Shown here piece by piece: positions 26,561 through 39,230 of a stretch of 64,000 nt of DNA. Numbering within the stretch: position 1 is the stretch's first letter; the number at the start of each line of letters is the position of its first letter. This DNA is from Octopus vulgaris. Its lineage: Eukaryota. The position numbers and the translations under genes are program-made. The notes under the pieces are model-generated. The model saw only the letters and a list, made by a program, of their open reading frames with translations, searched no databases and was not told the origin of the DNA. The stretch is from contig OX597836.1 of NCBI GenBank assembly GCA_951406725.2, forward strand, positions 20,832,001-20,896,000. The letters are read 5' to 3'.

Positions 26561-27104
26561 TTATTAGTGACTCTGAAGAGTGTTTTACTAATGCTATAGA
26601 AGCTGAACATTGTTAACAGGCAGGCAAAGGGGGACAATTATGAGCATGTTCCAGTCTATTAGACCTCATCAGCATGGTATAGTTTACTCAAGCCTGCTTT
26701 ATGAAAGATTTCTACATATAAGAAAAAAATTACAATTGATTCTGGGCCAGTATAATTTACATGATCATAAAAAAAACAAAAAAAAACAAAGGGAAATAAC
26801 TCAAATGTATCAGTGGCATGATTTTGGAGATGATGTACTGAATGTCATTTCCAATAAAAATTCTAATTGAAATTTCCTTTTTTACTTGAAGAAAGAACCC
26901 CCACCCACCAAAAAAATATCTAGCACCAATTATTAGAGATTCACAAAGATGAAGAAGGAGAAGAGAAAAGCAGCAAAATTGAATTCTTCAAATAGCTCCA
27001 AAGATTCTCTACATTTTAACAACATCATAGCATGCAATCTAATGTAATATTTGGGGGTGGGGGTGGGGTGGAGCAGGAACAGTTCATTACAGTATTATAT
27101 TTAA

Positions 27105-27460
27105 ATTATATATATACACACACACATATATATACACACATATACATATACACACACACATATATATACACATATGAATATATAAACATATATATACATA
27201 AACATATATACATATACATATATATATATATACATATATATATGGGTGTATATATACATATATATATGTGTGTATATATACATATATATATACATATACA
27301 CATACATATACACATACATATATATACACATACATATACACATATATAAACATATATATACATATACATATATATACATATATACACACATATTTACATA
27401 CAAACATATAAATATATTTATATACACACATACATATATACATACACACACACACATATA
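27105..27460. repeat. Compound (TA)/(CA) low-complexity tract
   Basis: Direct reading of the sequence. Confidence 0.9.
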
Positions 27461-27890
27461 TTAGACTTTTACAGCAAAGATACTCAAACATACACTTCAA
27501 TAAGCTGAATGAGGTTAGTTATTTTTTCATTTCTTTTTGCATATTGATAATCTAGGCGTGATAAGACGAAATAATAAATCAAATTCTATTTTATTTCCTC
27601 TGCTGAGTATCAATACTACCCGTACACAGGAAACTAATATCAGTCAAAGAATGGAAAGAAGCTGTTCATTTGACCCTAACCACAGTAGTTAAAATATATG
27701 AAAAATAAACTAGATTCAACAAAACTTCGTCAAGAGAATCTATTTATTAACAGTTTAATGCTCATTTCTTTTTGTTTCTTATTTTTATATTGTTTTACAG
27801 CTTTCAATTATGAGGTTTTGGCCATGCTGGGGTAACACCATAAAAGGTTTTAGTTGTTCCCTCACCTGCACTAAGTTCTGTTAATCTTAG

Positions 27891-28290
27891 ATAATAATAA
27901 TGAAATTATTGTATACAGTGCTCAGGTGCACCACAACTTGTCAGAAAGTGCATATAAAGTACATGCAGTAGTGTAGAAATGTCTGGAAAGTGAACATGCT
28001 TGTGTGTGTATCAAGTGTAGTGTTGACGAATCTCAGGAAGCATGGAAGTTTTGAAGGATGCAGTGCTCCGACAACTAACAACCGATGCCGGCAGTTTGTT
28101 CCACGCTTCAGCAACTCTCAGCGTGAAAAAATGTTTCCTGAAGTCATGGGAGCTGTGCTGTTTTCTTACTTTGTAAATATGTCCACGGGTGTTAGATGGG
28201 TGGAGTTTGAAGAGGTGCTCAGAGTTATTGTTTGTGCGATGGTTGATAATTTTATGGGTGTCTGCCAAGTCAGCTGCCAGACGTCATTTT
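27891..28290 (-). mobile_element. CR1-clade LINE 3' end
   Basis: RLAADLADTHKII...TRGHIYKVRKQHSSHDFRKHFFTLRVAEAWNKLP, followed by a 3' UTR and (ATT)n tail. Confidence 0.85.
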
Positions 28291-28426
28291 AGTATGTCGA
28301 TCTTGTAAGGAAAAAAGGTGATGTCAACATGGGCACATAGAGGTGGAATCAAAAACAAAGCATTTTGGTGTTGTACTCTGGTTTTGCCATCCCTGGTAGA
28401 TATACTATTATGTATATGTCTAAAAG

Positions 28427-28764
28427 CTGTGGACATGTTTACAAAGTCAGAAAACAGCACAGCTCCCATGACTTGCGGAAACATTTTTTCACACTAAGAG
28501 TTGCTGAAGCATGGAACAAACTGCCGGCATCAGTTGTTAGTTGTCGGAGCACTGCATTTTTCAAAACTTCCATGCTTCCTGAGATTCGCCAACACTACAC
28601 CTGATTTCCCCCCCCCTCCATACACACGCAAGCATGTATCTGACTCGTACACTGTCCACTTTCCAGACATTTGTACATTACTGCATATGCTTTATACGCA
28701 CTTTTGACAAGTTGTGGTGCACCTGAGCACTGTATACAATAATTTCATTATTATTATTATTATT
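28427..28764 (+). mobile_element. CR1-clade LINE 3' end, same family, opposite orientation
   Basis: GHVYKVRKQHSSHDLRKHFFTLRVAEAWNKLP, followed by a 3' UTR and (ATT)n tail. Confidence 0.85.
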
Positions 28765-29023
28765 GTGTGTGCGCGCGCGTGCACGCATATGAATATTGTT
28801 ACATTTTTATCAGCCCTAAAAGGATTGGAAGGATGAGAGGCAAAGTTATCCTCAGTGAGATTTGATGTGCACTTGAGTGCATAATGTGTGTGTGTGCACA
28901 TGTAAGTATATGTGTGTGTAAAAGAGATAAACTTTAGTTAAATATCTGTTGATACGTGAACACCTGAACATATAGGAATGGCTAAAAAATAAACTTTAAT
29001 AATGGATAATGAGAATAAAAAAA

Positions 29024-29063
<40 letters not shown>

Positions 29064-29222
29064 CATATATACACATACATATATTTCAAAATGAAATTTC
29101 AAGAACATAGAGATTAGTTCTGCTTGTATGTTATCAAAATCAGTATTGCAGAAATAAGGTAAACATTGTGTTGATCTATCCAAGGTATCATACACAGTTC
29201 GGAAATTGATTTGTGTATGATG

Positions 29223-29224
<2 letters not shown>

Positions 29225-29262
<38 letters not shown>

Positions 29263-29271
29263 GTAATAGTA

Positions 29272-29306
<35 letters not shown>

Positions 29307-29368
29307 CATTATCATCATCATCATCATCATCATCATTATAATTATTATTATTATTATTATTATTATTA
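29225..29368. repeat. Compound trinucleotide microsatellite (AAT)n(CAT)n(ATT)n
   Basis: Direct reading. Similar tracts at 990-1073, 55455-55608 and 61130-61640. Confidence 0.9.
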
Positions 29369-30195
29369 TGAAAGAAAAACATGGGTGTGGGTGGGTGGAG
29401 ATGAATAAAAGAAGTGGAGGAGGTAATAGTAGAAGGAAATTACCTAAGAAACAAAAAGATAAGAAAAGGACAAATTTTTTGAAAAAAAGTATGTAAGAGG
29501 GGAAAAAAAGAATGAGAAGGAAGAAAACAAAAAAAGAGGAGTGGAAAGAGGGAGATGAAAAAATGGATAGAAATAAAAAAATTCTTTTTTTAAATTAGCA
29601 GAAGAAAATCCAGGTGTAGAATTTATATGGATATTGTAAATAATAAAGGAAATAAGGTGATAAAGGTAAGAGAGAAGGAGAAGAGAGAGGGTAAGAGAGG
29701 GGAGAGGGTAAGAAAGGGGGAGGAGTTGGAGAGGGTTTGGAGAGGGGAAAGAGAGTGGTAGAGTGAGAGACAGAGAAAGAGAGATGGGGAGCAGAGGGAA
29801 AGATGAAAAAGGGATAGGAAGAGAGAGGGAGCAATGTAAAAGACAAGTAAAATTGAGCCACTGGGAAAGCTTTTAAGGGATCGCTTGGTTTGCAAGAAGT
29901 AGCAACCAAATTTCTATCAAATCATACTCTTTCATATAGAAGGACACATTGGTCAATGTAGTCCTTGGCAAATAAAAAGCTGAGATGTCTATGGCTAGAG
30001 AGCTTTTCGTTCAAAGTCTGCTTCTTCTTGATCAGGGCTGAACCTGAAGCTGAAGAGGAACAATGAAAGAGATTCAAGCCACAGCAAGGTAACTGTTCTT
30101 CACATGAATTCTTACTCTACTAGAAATAGCAGCAAAATCACTTTTAAATCACACGCGACCATTAAAAAAAAATCAAGCTGAGTGCAAAACAGACA

Positions 30196-30498
30196 TCTTT
30201 ATATATAAAACTGAAGTTGTGTGAGAGTCTGTCTCCTCCGATTTAGATTCCTAACTACTCCCACATTTTGCGGTGCAGTTTAACCAAAAGTGGGTATCTT
30301 ATAGTCATGATTCATATCGAGCCCTTCTGGGTATTAGTGCGCATCTACGATGAGTCTACGATTTAAAAAAAATTTACCATCATTTTTTCGTTTTTTAATG
30401 CATTTTTTGCTTGGTTTATATAAGGGAAGTAACTCTCTAAAAATGCTTATATAGTTATTTCTCTTACAAACCCGAGCAACGCTGGGTGATGCTGCTAG
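30196..30498 (+). mobile_element. Non-autonomous Helitron (~303 bp)
   Basis: A|TCTTTATATATAAAA start, imperfect subterminal hairpin cccgagcaacgctggg (30471-30486), CTAG|T end, no TSD. It interrupts another dispersed repeat that resumes after it. Confidence 0.75.
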
Positions 30499-30616
30499 TA
30501 GATATATAAAAAGAAAACAGGATGGCCATAGCTTTCTTCATAGCTCTACTCCTAATCAACCAGAATTAACCTGAATGTAAAAAACAACAATAAATGCAAA
30601 CATCCAATATACATAC

Positions 30617-30740
30617 CTGGAGCACCTCCACCTGCAACGTATCCGACAATAGTAATACCCAGACCGCGGGTGTCCTTCACAAGTTGCACGTCAAACATTT
30701 CCATCTCTGGACTTTCGTTTACATTTTCAATGGTTGGTGG
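30617..30740 (-). CDS. MPDZ: MPDZ/PATJ-like exon C (124 nt): start of the next PDZ
   Basis: ctcattcag| acceptor and G|gtatgt donor (phase 1). Encodes PPTIENVNESPEMEMFDVQLVKDTRGLGITIVGYVAGGGAP. Not in the ORF track. Confidence 0.93.
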
Positions 30741-31973
30741 CTGAATGAGACAAAGTTATCACAAAATGTATTTAACAGAAACAAAATTTCTTGGCATCGG
30801 ATATAATCAAATAGTTTCAGACTGTTCATACCTTTATATAAATGTTTATTTTTTTTAGTCATGTAAGCACATGCACACACACACATGCGTGTGCAAACAT
30901 TCACACGCCATATCTACTCATGTATAAGCTCCACTGTTCAATACTTGACTTTAACTGTAAAAAATTATACACGAGTAAATACAGTATATTCTGTTATTCT
31001 TTTATTTGTTTCAGTCATTTGACTGTGGCCATGCTGGAGCACAGCCTTTAATCAAAGAAATCAACCCCAGGACTCATTCTTTGTAAGCCTAGTACTTATT
31101 CTATCAGCCTCTTTTGCCAAACCACTAAGTTACGGGGTCAATCCAAGACATTTGAGTGAAGCTGGGTAAGCAAAAACTGTGTGAAAGCCTGGATTGTATC
31201 TGGTATTCAAAAGGTACAAATTTTCACACACTTGTCTGTGGGATACTCAACCACTTTACATTCTAATTCAATGAAAATGTAGTACAGCTGATTAAACAAC
31301 TGGATGCTTTGTTAAACCAAACAGATTCTTTTACATATTTTATTTACTTGAAAATAGCAATAAGCTAATAATATGTGCTCAGCTTTTCACAGCATGGTTT
31401 TACCACAGGCCACTGTTTTCAGTTACAAAAACTAGCAACAGTGGCCCCTTATGTCAGAGGAGTTTTAATAAAGACACATTTTCCCCAAGTTAATGAAAAT
31501 CTAGCCAGATGCAAGGTGACTATAATGAAACTGCTGACTTTGTGGGTTGTCCAATATGAAAATCACAAGTATTTCTTTTACAACTATCAAAGCTGAAGAG
31601 TATGCTGAAGAAGGTGACATACAGTGAACTGTCATTTCAGTAGAAAATACAGACTCTTCACTTGTTTTCTGTCTAGCTTGATTGGTTATCCGCACATATT
31701 TTATAAAATGAATATGCATTCATTTGGCTAAAATAAACCTAGGACAGTCAATTAAGAGCATCAGATAGAATGCATTGTAATATTTGTTCCACTTTTGAGT
31801 TATCTGGGCTCAAATTCTGCCTCCTGTCTTCATCACCTTCATTTGATGTCCACTTTTCAATGCTTGTATGGGACAGATAGAATTAATAGAGTGAATTCAA
31901 CTATACCAGAAACAGCTGTAAAGTAATGAAGTTAATGACATAATTTCTTACTCCTTTGTCATTCTAATTTGTA

Positions 31974-32031
<58 letters not shown>

Positions 32032-33034
32032 TACACACACACAAATACATACTAGGCTTCTTTCAGTTTTTGTTTACCCACAAGGCTTTGGTCAGCCAGA
32101 GGCTATATTAGAAAACACTTTCTCAAGATGCTGTGCAAAGGATGGTACACTACTCCCAGGCGTTGCATCTGACAGACAGCATTAGCAAAGTAGAGAGAAA
32201 AATACCCATTGGAAACATAAATTTCCTTGGTTCAGTCAGAAGCTAAGCAACTAACATCACTGTTATGAGAATTAAGCCAAGTAGTTAATAAAAATCAACA
32301 CCATTCTATTGCCGATACTTCTTTTAATAACTCATAAAGAGAGAGGGTAACAATAGAGAGGTGGGGAGAGAGAGGGAGACAATGGAGAGGTGGGGAGAGA
32401 GGGTGGAAGGAGAGATAGATATTAACTTCAGTAATGTTTTAAATCAGATTATAGGGAGATGAGACAGAACATTTCAAAGAATTCAATTCCAATATCACAA
32501 TATCATCAGTGATAAATAATTATTATTTCTGAATTTATAATGGCATTTGTGAGAAGCTTCCAGCAGACACAAAGTAGACAAGCTGTGGAATGCATAGAGT
32601 GCAGGCATAATTTAAACTGCATGAAATTCGTTTAGAATTGACTACAAAAGCAATTAACTTTATGATAATTTGCTTCAGATATTTTTCATTTTATTAGTGC
32701 TCAAGAATTGACAGAGATATATATAAGAGGAAAGAACAATACAGGAAGGGAGAATTGAGTAATTCGCAATATATACATGCACAAAAATCAACACACGTGT
32801 GTGTGTGGATGTTTATATGTGTATATGTGCATGTAGATCTATTTATTTATTTATCTATTTTTGTCTAGTGGTCAGTTGTTTGGGTGTTTCCCCAGTGTAT
32901 AATTGGTTGATTACAGATGAAAACTAATCGGAATAGCCTGGAAAAAAAACACTTCTCACTTGAATGTTATGGAAGAACATCAGCACCCCAACAAAAGTCT
33001 ATTAGTCACAGAATACGGTACAAATATAAAGTAG

Positions 33035-34425
33035 TCTATAATATATAAGTCCCGTTTTGTCTGTGAGTGTGTGTGTAAAAGATTATAATAGTCGTATTTT
33101 TCAACTTATTGTGCTAAAATTTTACACATAGGTAAAAGACATCACAGTAGGTGCATCAGTTAAATTTTATAACATAATTCTTAGTTTCAAAGTGAGATTT
33201 GCCCTTTTTTAATCAAAATCTTGATGGAAAATCCACTTTCAATGGCACTTATTGGCTATCATTCTGCAAATCACATACAAACAGTCACTATATTTGTCGA
33301 ATCAGCATCAGAGCATTAACTGTATTAAATTTTCTAAGCAATTTCATGAAAGAATATATGTGATTGCAGTAAAAATCAATATCATTCCAGAATGAACTGT
33401 ACTTGAACACATGCATCCAGGCATATCATTCTGTGTTTAATAAATAAGCTGACACAACAGAGTAAGAGGACAAGGCAATTATTGTGAATAAGTAAAAATT
33501 AAATGAAATATTAACTTTAACAAATAAATGGTATTAATTGGCGCTCAGTCAACTGTGTGAATATTTTCTCACAACAAAATTCAATTGACAGTAGAAAACA
33601 ACAAATCGATTGGTAATACAACATGGAAATTTGGGGGATAAATATCTAAAACTTTAGCTAACAGTTTCTTATATAAAATAAAAAAATGAGTGGTATTTTT
33701 TGACTTTTGCGTGACTCACTTGATTTGACTCATACATGCCCATTGTTTATACTTTAATTCCATTTCATGAAGAAGGAATATTAGCATTAATATTTCAAAT
33801 TATGAGTTATTTTTTATCAGTAAGTATAATTGAATGATATTTTGGCAAATTCTTCTTATCATATTTATGAATTTTCAAGATCAAATTCATCAGTTACATT
33901 CTTAAAAAAAAACATTATTCAGTCAGTTCTGGTAGCTTATTCATCCACAAGGGTTGCTACTTTATCGGTCAACATTGCATATTGCCGAACCCTATATCCC
34001 ATTTGAAGTTTTCTGGTTATGTGGACTTAACTTTATTTATTAAGAATTTTCATTACTTCCAAATTAATAAGGTAATTTTAATGCTAACATCCTTTTTTCC
34101 CAAAGAAGTCCGGTTTTGGCTGTCTTTCATTTTCAGAGAAGTTCTTGAAACCGTTTCAGTTTGCACATTCTTTTTATTTAAACTTCGCACTTAAGTGTGA
34201 TATTTCTAAGTGGTACTCTTTATCTTCTGCTACCTGTCAGTGCACTGGTGTTTGCCATGATCATTTACATTTTATTACAATTGCAGTTTTTGTCGATAGA
34301 ATATCGATTTTCTCAAAATACATTCTGTCCACATAACAGAAGCATAAAGAGAAGCAGAATTACACTATTTTCGACTCCAGTCCTATCATAAACTTACACC
34401 GTCCAATGGATGGGGTATATAATAA
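33035..34425 (+). mobile_element. Possible older Helitron-like element
   Basis: TCTATAATATATAAG start followed by a GT-rich tract and a ccgtcc-aat-ggatgg hairpin near 34399-34413. The terminal CTAG is absent. Confidence 0.35.
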
Positions 34426-35089
34426 AAAACAAACTAATGTAATGCAATAACATTATAGTAGTAATAATCAGGCAGCAGATATAAAATTTGAGTTGCATTA
34501 AGCCTGTATACAACAGTATATGACTAACAAAGGCAAATGTTGTAATATAGGAAACTAATCATAATGTGTAGAGATCAGAATACTGTGTTTTTTTATAGGG
34601 GAGGAGATGAGCTGTTGGGGCTTAAAAAAAAGGTGGACAAAATTACTAGGTTTAATAAAAATTGATTAAGTTCGTTCAACACCATCATCAAGAAAGAGGA
34701 TGCAAACTATTTTGTTCCCTCATTAAATGCTTGGTGGGAGTAAAAAAAAGTTGTACTAATATTTCTACAGATGAATTAAGGTCGTGAGCTAGCAGAAACA
34801 TTAACATGCCAGGCAAAATGCTTTGTAGCGTTTTGTCTATCTTTGCATTCTGAGTTCAAATTCTTCCAAGGTCAATTTTGCTGCCTTTCATCCTTTTTTG
34901 GAGTCGTTAAAATAAGTATCAGTTGAGCACTAGGGTCAATGTAATCAACCTACATCCTCCTCCACACTTGCCGGCCTTGTGCCAAAAATTTGAAAGTGAT
35001 ATTTCTTTAGATGAGGGGATTTCACAATTGGAGAACCACTGGTTTAACATACAAGATTTGGAATTTCAAGATCCTGAATATATAGTTGC

Positions 35090-35480
35090 AAGTATGGCTG
35101 TGTGGTAAGAAGCTTGCTTCCCAACCACATGGTTTTGGGTTCAGTCTCACTGCATGGCACCTTGGACAAGTGTCTTCTACTATAGCCTAAGGTTGTCCAA
35201 AGACTTGTGAGTGGTTTCGGTAGATGGAAACTGAAAGAAGCCTATTGTGTGTGGATACATGTGTGTCTTTGTGTCTGTGTTTATCCCTCCATCGCCACTT
35301 GACAACTGGTGTTGGTGTGTTTACATCCCCATAACTTAGTGGCTCAGCTAAAGAGACTGGTAGAATAAGTATTAGGCTTAAAAAAATAATCTTGGGGTCA
35401 ATTTGTTCAAATAAAACCATTCAAGGTAGTGCTCCAGAATGGCTGCAATCAAATGACTGAAACAAGTAGAAGAAAAGAAA
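35090..35480 (+). mobile_element. SINE family A copy
   Basis: Head, internal microsatellite and tail all recognisable. Confidence 0.8.
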
Positions 35481-35994
35481 AAAGAATTTGTGATTTGCAG
35501 TCTACTTTGTAACTTTCACCTTCTGTGCTTCTTTAACAAAAAAAAAGTAGCAAAGAGCCTTATGTAAATGGTAGTAAAACATGTGGTCTTTGTATTGCAA
35601 AATATAAAAAATAAATACACACATTACAATCAAGGATATATTGAAATGCCAAGTCAGAGGTATTTGGTAAATGTAAAGATGAATAAAAATGGAATTTATT
35701 TAAAGACAAAGAGAGAGAAAAAAAAAGAGCAATTGACAACAGAAACAAAGCAACAATGTATATTAAAGACAATATCAAACTTGAGAATGCAAATCTAAAA
35801 ACATGCAGAATGAAACATTAAGATACAAAATGAATAAAAATTAGCCCACAAAACAATAAAATAAAGTGTAAAAAAATAAAATGAAATGAGTTCTAGATGT
35901 GGAAAAATTAAAATAAAAACTAATAATGAACAACAGCAAAGACAATTTCATAGAAATGAAACAGAACATCAAAATAAATAATAGATAAAGCATG

Positions 35995-36341
35995 CATGTA
36001 TGTATGTATGTATGTATGTATGTATGTATGTATGTATGTATGTATGTATGTATGTGTGTATGTATGTATGTATGTATGTATGTATGTATGTATGTATGTA
36101 TGTATGTATGTATGTATGTATGTATGTATGTATGTATGTATGTATGTATGTATGTATGTATGTATGTATGTATGTATGTATGTATGTATGTATGTATGTA
36201 TGTATGTATGTATGTGTGTGTGTACGTATGTATGTGTGTACGTATGTATGTGTGTATGTATGTATGTATGTATGTATGTATGTATGTATGTATGTATGTA
36301 TGTATGTATGTATGTATGTATGTATGTATGTATGTATGTAT
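35995..36341. repeat. Long (TATG)n microsatellite
   Basis: About 350 bp of nearly pure tetranucleotide repeat. Confidence 0.97.
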
Positions 36342-36924
36342 GGGAATAGCCACATGAGATATAAGTTACTCTAAAATCTCTGAGTGATTGATAAAATGTA
36401 AGAATTGACAAGCTAGACAGACGGAAATTACTTAAGAAAATCTAATGCATCAGATAGAACAAATGTATTAAGACCATCCCAATAAATACATCTCTACAGT
36501 CACTTACTCTGTAAAAAAATAGAACCCAAATCCCCATCCAGATACCGCTACCATTTTTAAAAATGAAATAGGACACAAAGGAATGGTCATGACTAGTGAT
36601 AGGTTCTATGCCATCAAGCTGGCCTGGAGTTTTAACAGCAAATGTATTAAGAAGGAGTATGATGATAAATCATGCACGTCTGCATGGTCAGGAGGTTTAT
36701 TTTATGACCATGTTGTTCTTGATTTAATTCACAGCATTTCACCTTAGGCAAGTTCTACAAAAGCCTTCTTAGGTTGCTGATGCCTTGTGAGAAGAATTTC
36801 ATAGGTGGAAAAACATGCATGTCTATAAATATAAAGAATGACATAATATGGTCAAAGAGTTAAGCAATTTGTCTTACAACTATGGAGCCCAGGGTGGCAT
36901 TCTGGTCAAGTTTTTTTTTTTATA

Positions 36925-37479
36925 CAGGGTCAGGCAAAATGATCTGACACATTTGTAGGTTAAATAAAAGGCATTGTTTTTCGTTTCTTTTTCAGTTGCT
37001 GCCATGAATTGAACTGGTGAGCATCGCGCTTTCATTGTGGAAACGTTTATCAAAACAAACGATTCTGTAACTGCAACACAAAGAGCGTTCCGTTTGCACT
37101 TCAATCTTGGTAGACATGATCCCGTACCAGCTCGAAACATGATCTTGTTATGGGTTACCAACTTCAGAGCTACTGGATCTGCATTGAAACGAAAATCAAC
37201 CAGCCAACCTCGCACCGCCAGAACTTAAAGATGCAATTCATCAAGAAATTACTGCCATTCCACATGAAATGACCCGCCGAGTTATTGACAACTTTCGTGA
37301 ATGCCTTCAACAGTGTGTGGACAATAATGGATCCCATTTGACTGATTTAATTTTTAAAACATAATGAAATAAAATGGCATTATATGTACTTTTCAAAAAT
37401 AAAAACACTTTTTTGTTTCTTTACTTCATTTGCCTTTTATTTAACCTACAAATGTGTCAGATCATTTTGCCTGACCCTG
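36925..37479 (+). mobile_element. 555-bp internally deleted Tc1/mariner-superfamily element
   Basis: Perfect 49-bp TIRs (CAGGGTCAGGCAAAATGATCTGACAC...) and TA TSDs. N-terminal HTH coding region (ATG 37004, TGA at codon 3; EHRAFIVETFIKTNDSVTATQRAFR) fused to the C-terminus ELKDAIHQEITAIP...QQCVDNNGSHL. Confidence 0.92.
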
Positions 37480-37962
37480 TAGTTACCTATGATTGACTTA
37501 AGCCTTGTGAGTGAAACAGTGTACAAAACCATATGGAGGACCACTGGTTGGATTGTACTTGCTATTCAAAAGTCCAATTTTGTTACAATCTGTAACACTG
37601 ATTCTGCCTGTTAATGGTAAATGTCTGTGGAATACCAAGTCAATGAGCAGGTCAATAAAGGAGGCTTACAAATGGTAGCTCAATCTGCTAGAAATAGTAG
37701 CCAGAAGGGGAGAAAAACAGATAATATAGTCCTAGGTACCCCTAAAAGTCCAGGGTAGTTAGTTAAGGCTGGAATACTTTTGATCATAGTTCCGCTTGAA
37801 CAGGTTGCCCAAGGATTAAATAAAAAGAACATAAATGTTGGTTTGGGCTAAACTAATTTGTGATTCAACTGTAATTTTGCTAGGTTTTATAATTGTACAG
37901 GCCATTCTTAAAATGAAAATTTAAATTGGCATGGTAACCTCAAGTCTTTTCTTTCTATATGG

Positions 37963-38348
37963 ATGGAAGCACTCCGTCGGTTACGATGATGAGGGTTCCG
38001 GTTGATCCGAATCAACGGAACAGCCTGCTCGTGAAATTAACATGTAAGTGGCTGAGCACTCCACAGACACGTGTACCCTTAACGTAGTTCTCGGGGATAT
38101 TCAGCGTGACACAGAAAGTGACAAGGCCGGCCCTTTGAAATACAGGTACAACAGAAACAGGAAGTAAGAGTGAGAGAAAGTTGTGGAGAAAGAGTACAGC
38201 AGGGATCACCACCATCCCCTACCAGAGCCTCGTGGAGCTTTAGGTGTTTTCGCTCAATAAACACTCACAACGCCCGGTCTGGGAATCGAAACCGCGATCC
38301 TACGACCGCGAGTCCGCTGCCCTAACCACTGGGCCATTGCGCCTCCAC
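37963..38348 (-). mobile_element. tRNA-derived SINE family D, young copy
   Basis: Head GGCGCAATGGCCCAGTGGTTAGGGCAGCGGACTCG...GGTTTCGATTCCC with A and B boxes, followed by a non-tRNA body; CpGs retained. Confidence 0.8.
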
Positions 38349-38437
38349 TGCTTTCTATATAAAGCAATGCACAAACAACCAAAAATTAAAATGAAAATAA
38401 AAACTATCAATAACAAAAAGCAATCAACACTATATAG

Positions 38438-38469
<32 letters not shown>

Positions 38470-38766
38470 CTGTAAAGAAGCGAACCTGAGAAAGGGGGAA
38501 GGAGGCTGGGAGCAGGAACTTTGCATCCCCACGAGCCTAGATAAATAACAGATACATTATTGGTTAATTAATGTTGGCATATGTTACAAAACACATACAT
38601 TGTTGATAGTGTAAGACAATCAAACAAACCAAACAGGCGATCACAAGGCAGACTTTTCAGGTAACCAGCAGACTTGTTGATACATTTGATGGCTATCATT
38701 CAGGTATCAAGCAGTCTTCATTGAAACATCTACCAATCATCATTGAGATGTGAAGCAGTTATCACT

Positions 38767-39230
38767 GAGACATCTGGCAGTCATCATTGAGACATCTGGC
38801 AGTCATTATTGAGACATCTGGCAGTCATCATTGAGACATCTGGCAGTCATCATTGAGACATCTGGCAGTCATCACTGAGACATCTGGCAGTCATCACTGA
38901 GACATCTGGCAGTCATCATTGAGACATCTGGCAGTCATCATTGAGACATCTGGCAGTCATCACTGAGACATCTGGCAGTCATCACTGAGACATCTGACAG
39001 TCATCATTGAGACATCTGGCAGTCATCATTGAGACATCTGGCAGTCATCATTGAGACATCTGGCAGTCATCATTGAGACATCTGGCAGTCATCACTGAGA
39101 CATCTGGCAGTCATTTTTGAGACATCTGGCAGTCATCACTGAGACACCTGGCAGTCATTTTTGAGACATCTGGCAATCATCATTGAGACACCTGACAGTC
39201 ATTTTTGAGACATCTGGCAGTCATTGTTAA
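38767..39230. repeat. 22-bp minisatellite, about 21 units, with degenerate flanks (38700-39380)
   Basis: Unit GAGACATCTGGCAGTCATCA(T/C)T. Confidence 0.95.

Noticed and set aside
35841-36411. Long ORFs such as (HTYI)n and (MYVC)n, and similar ones at 18.2, 27.1, 29 and 55.4 kb
   Set aside because: Translations of microsatellites, open in several frames on both strands.
38270-38348. Functional tRNA gene
   Set aside because: Acceptor and anticodon stems do not close properly and the sequence runs into a SINE body.
38767-39230. CRISPR-like array
   Set aside because: Contiguous tandem units with no unique spacers, no cas genes, eukaryotic intron.
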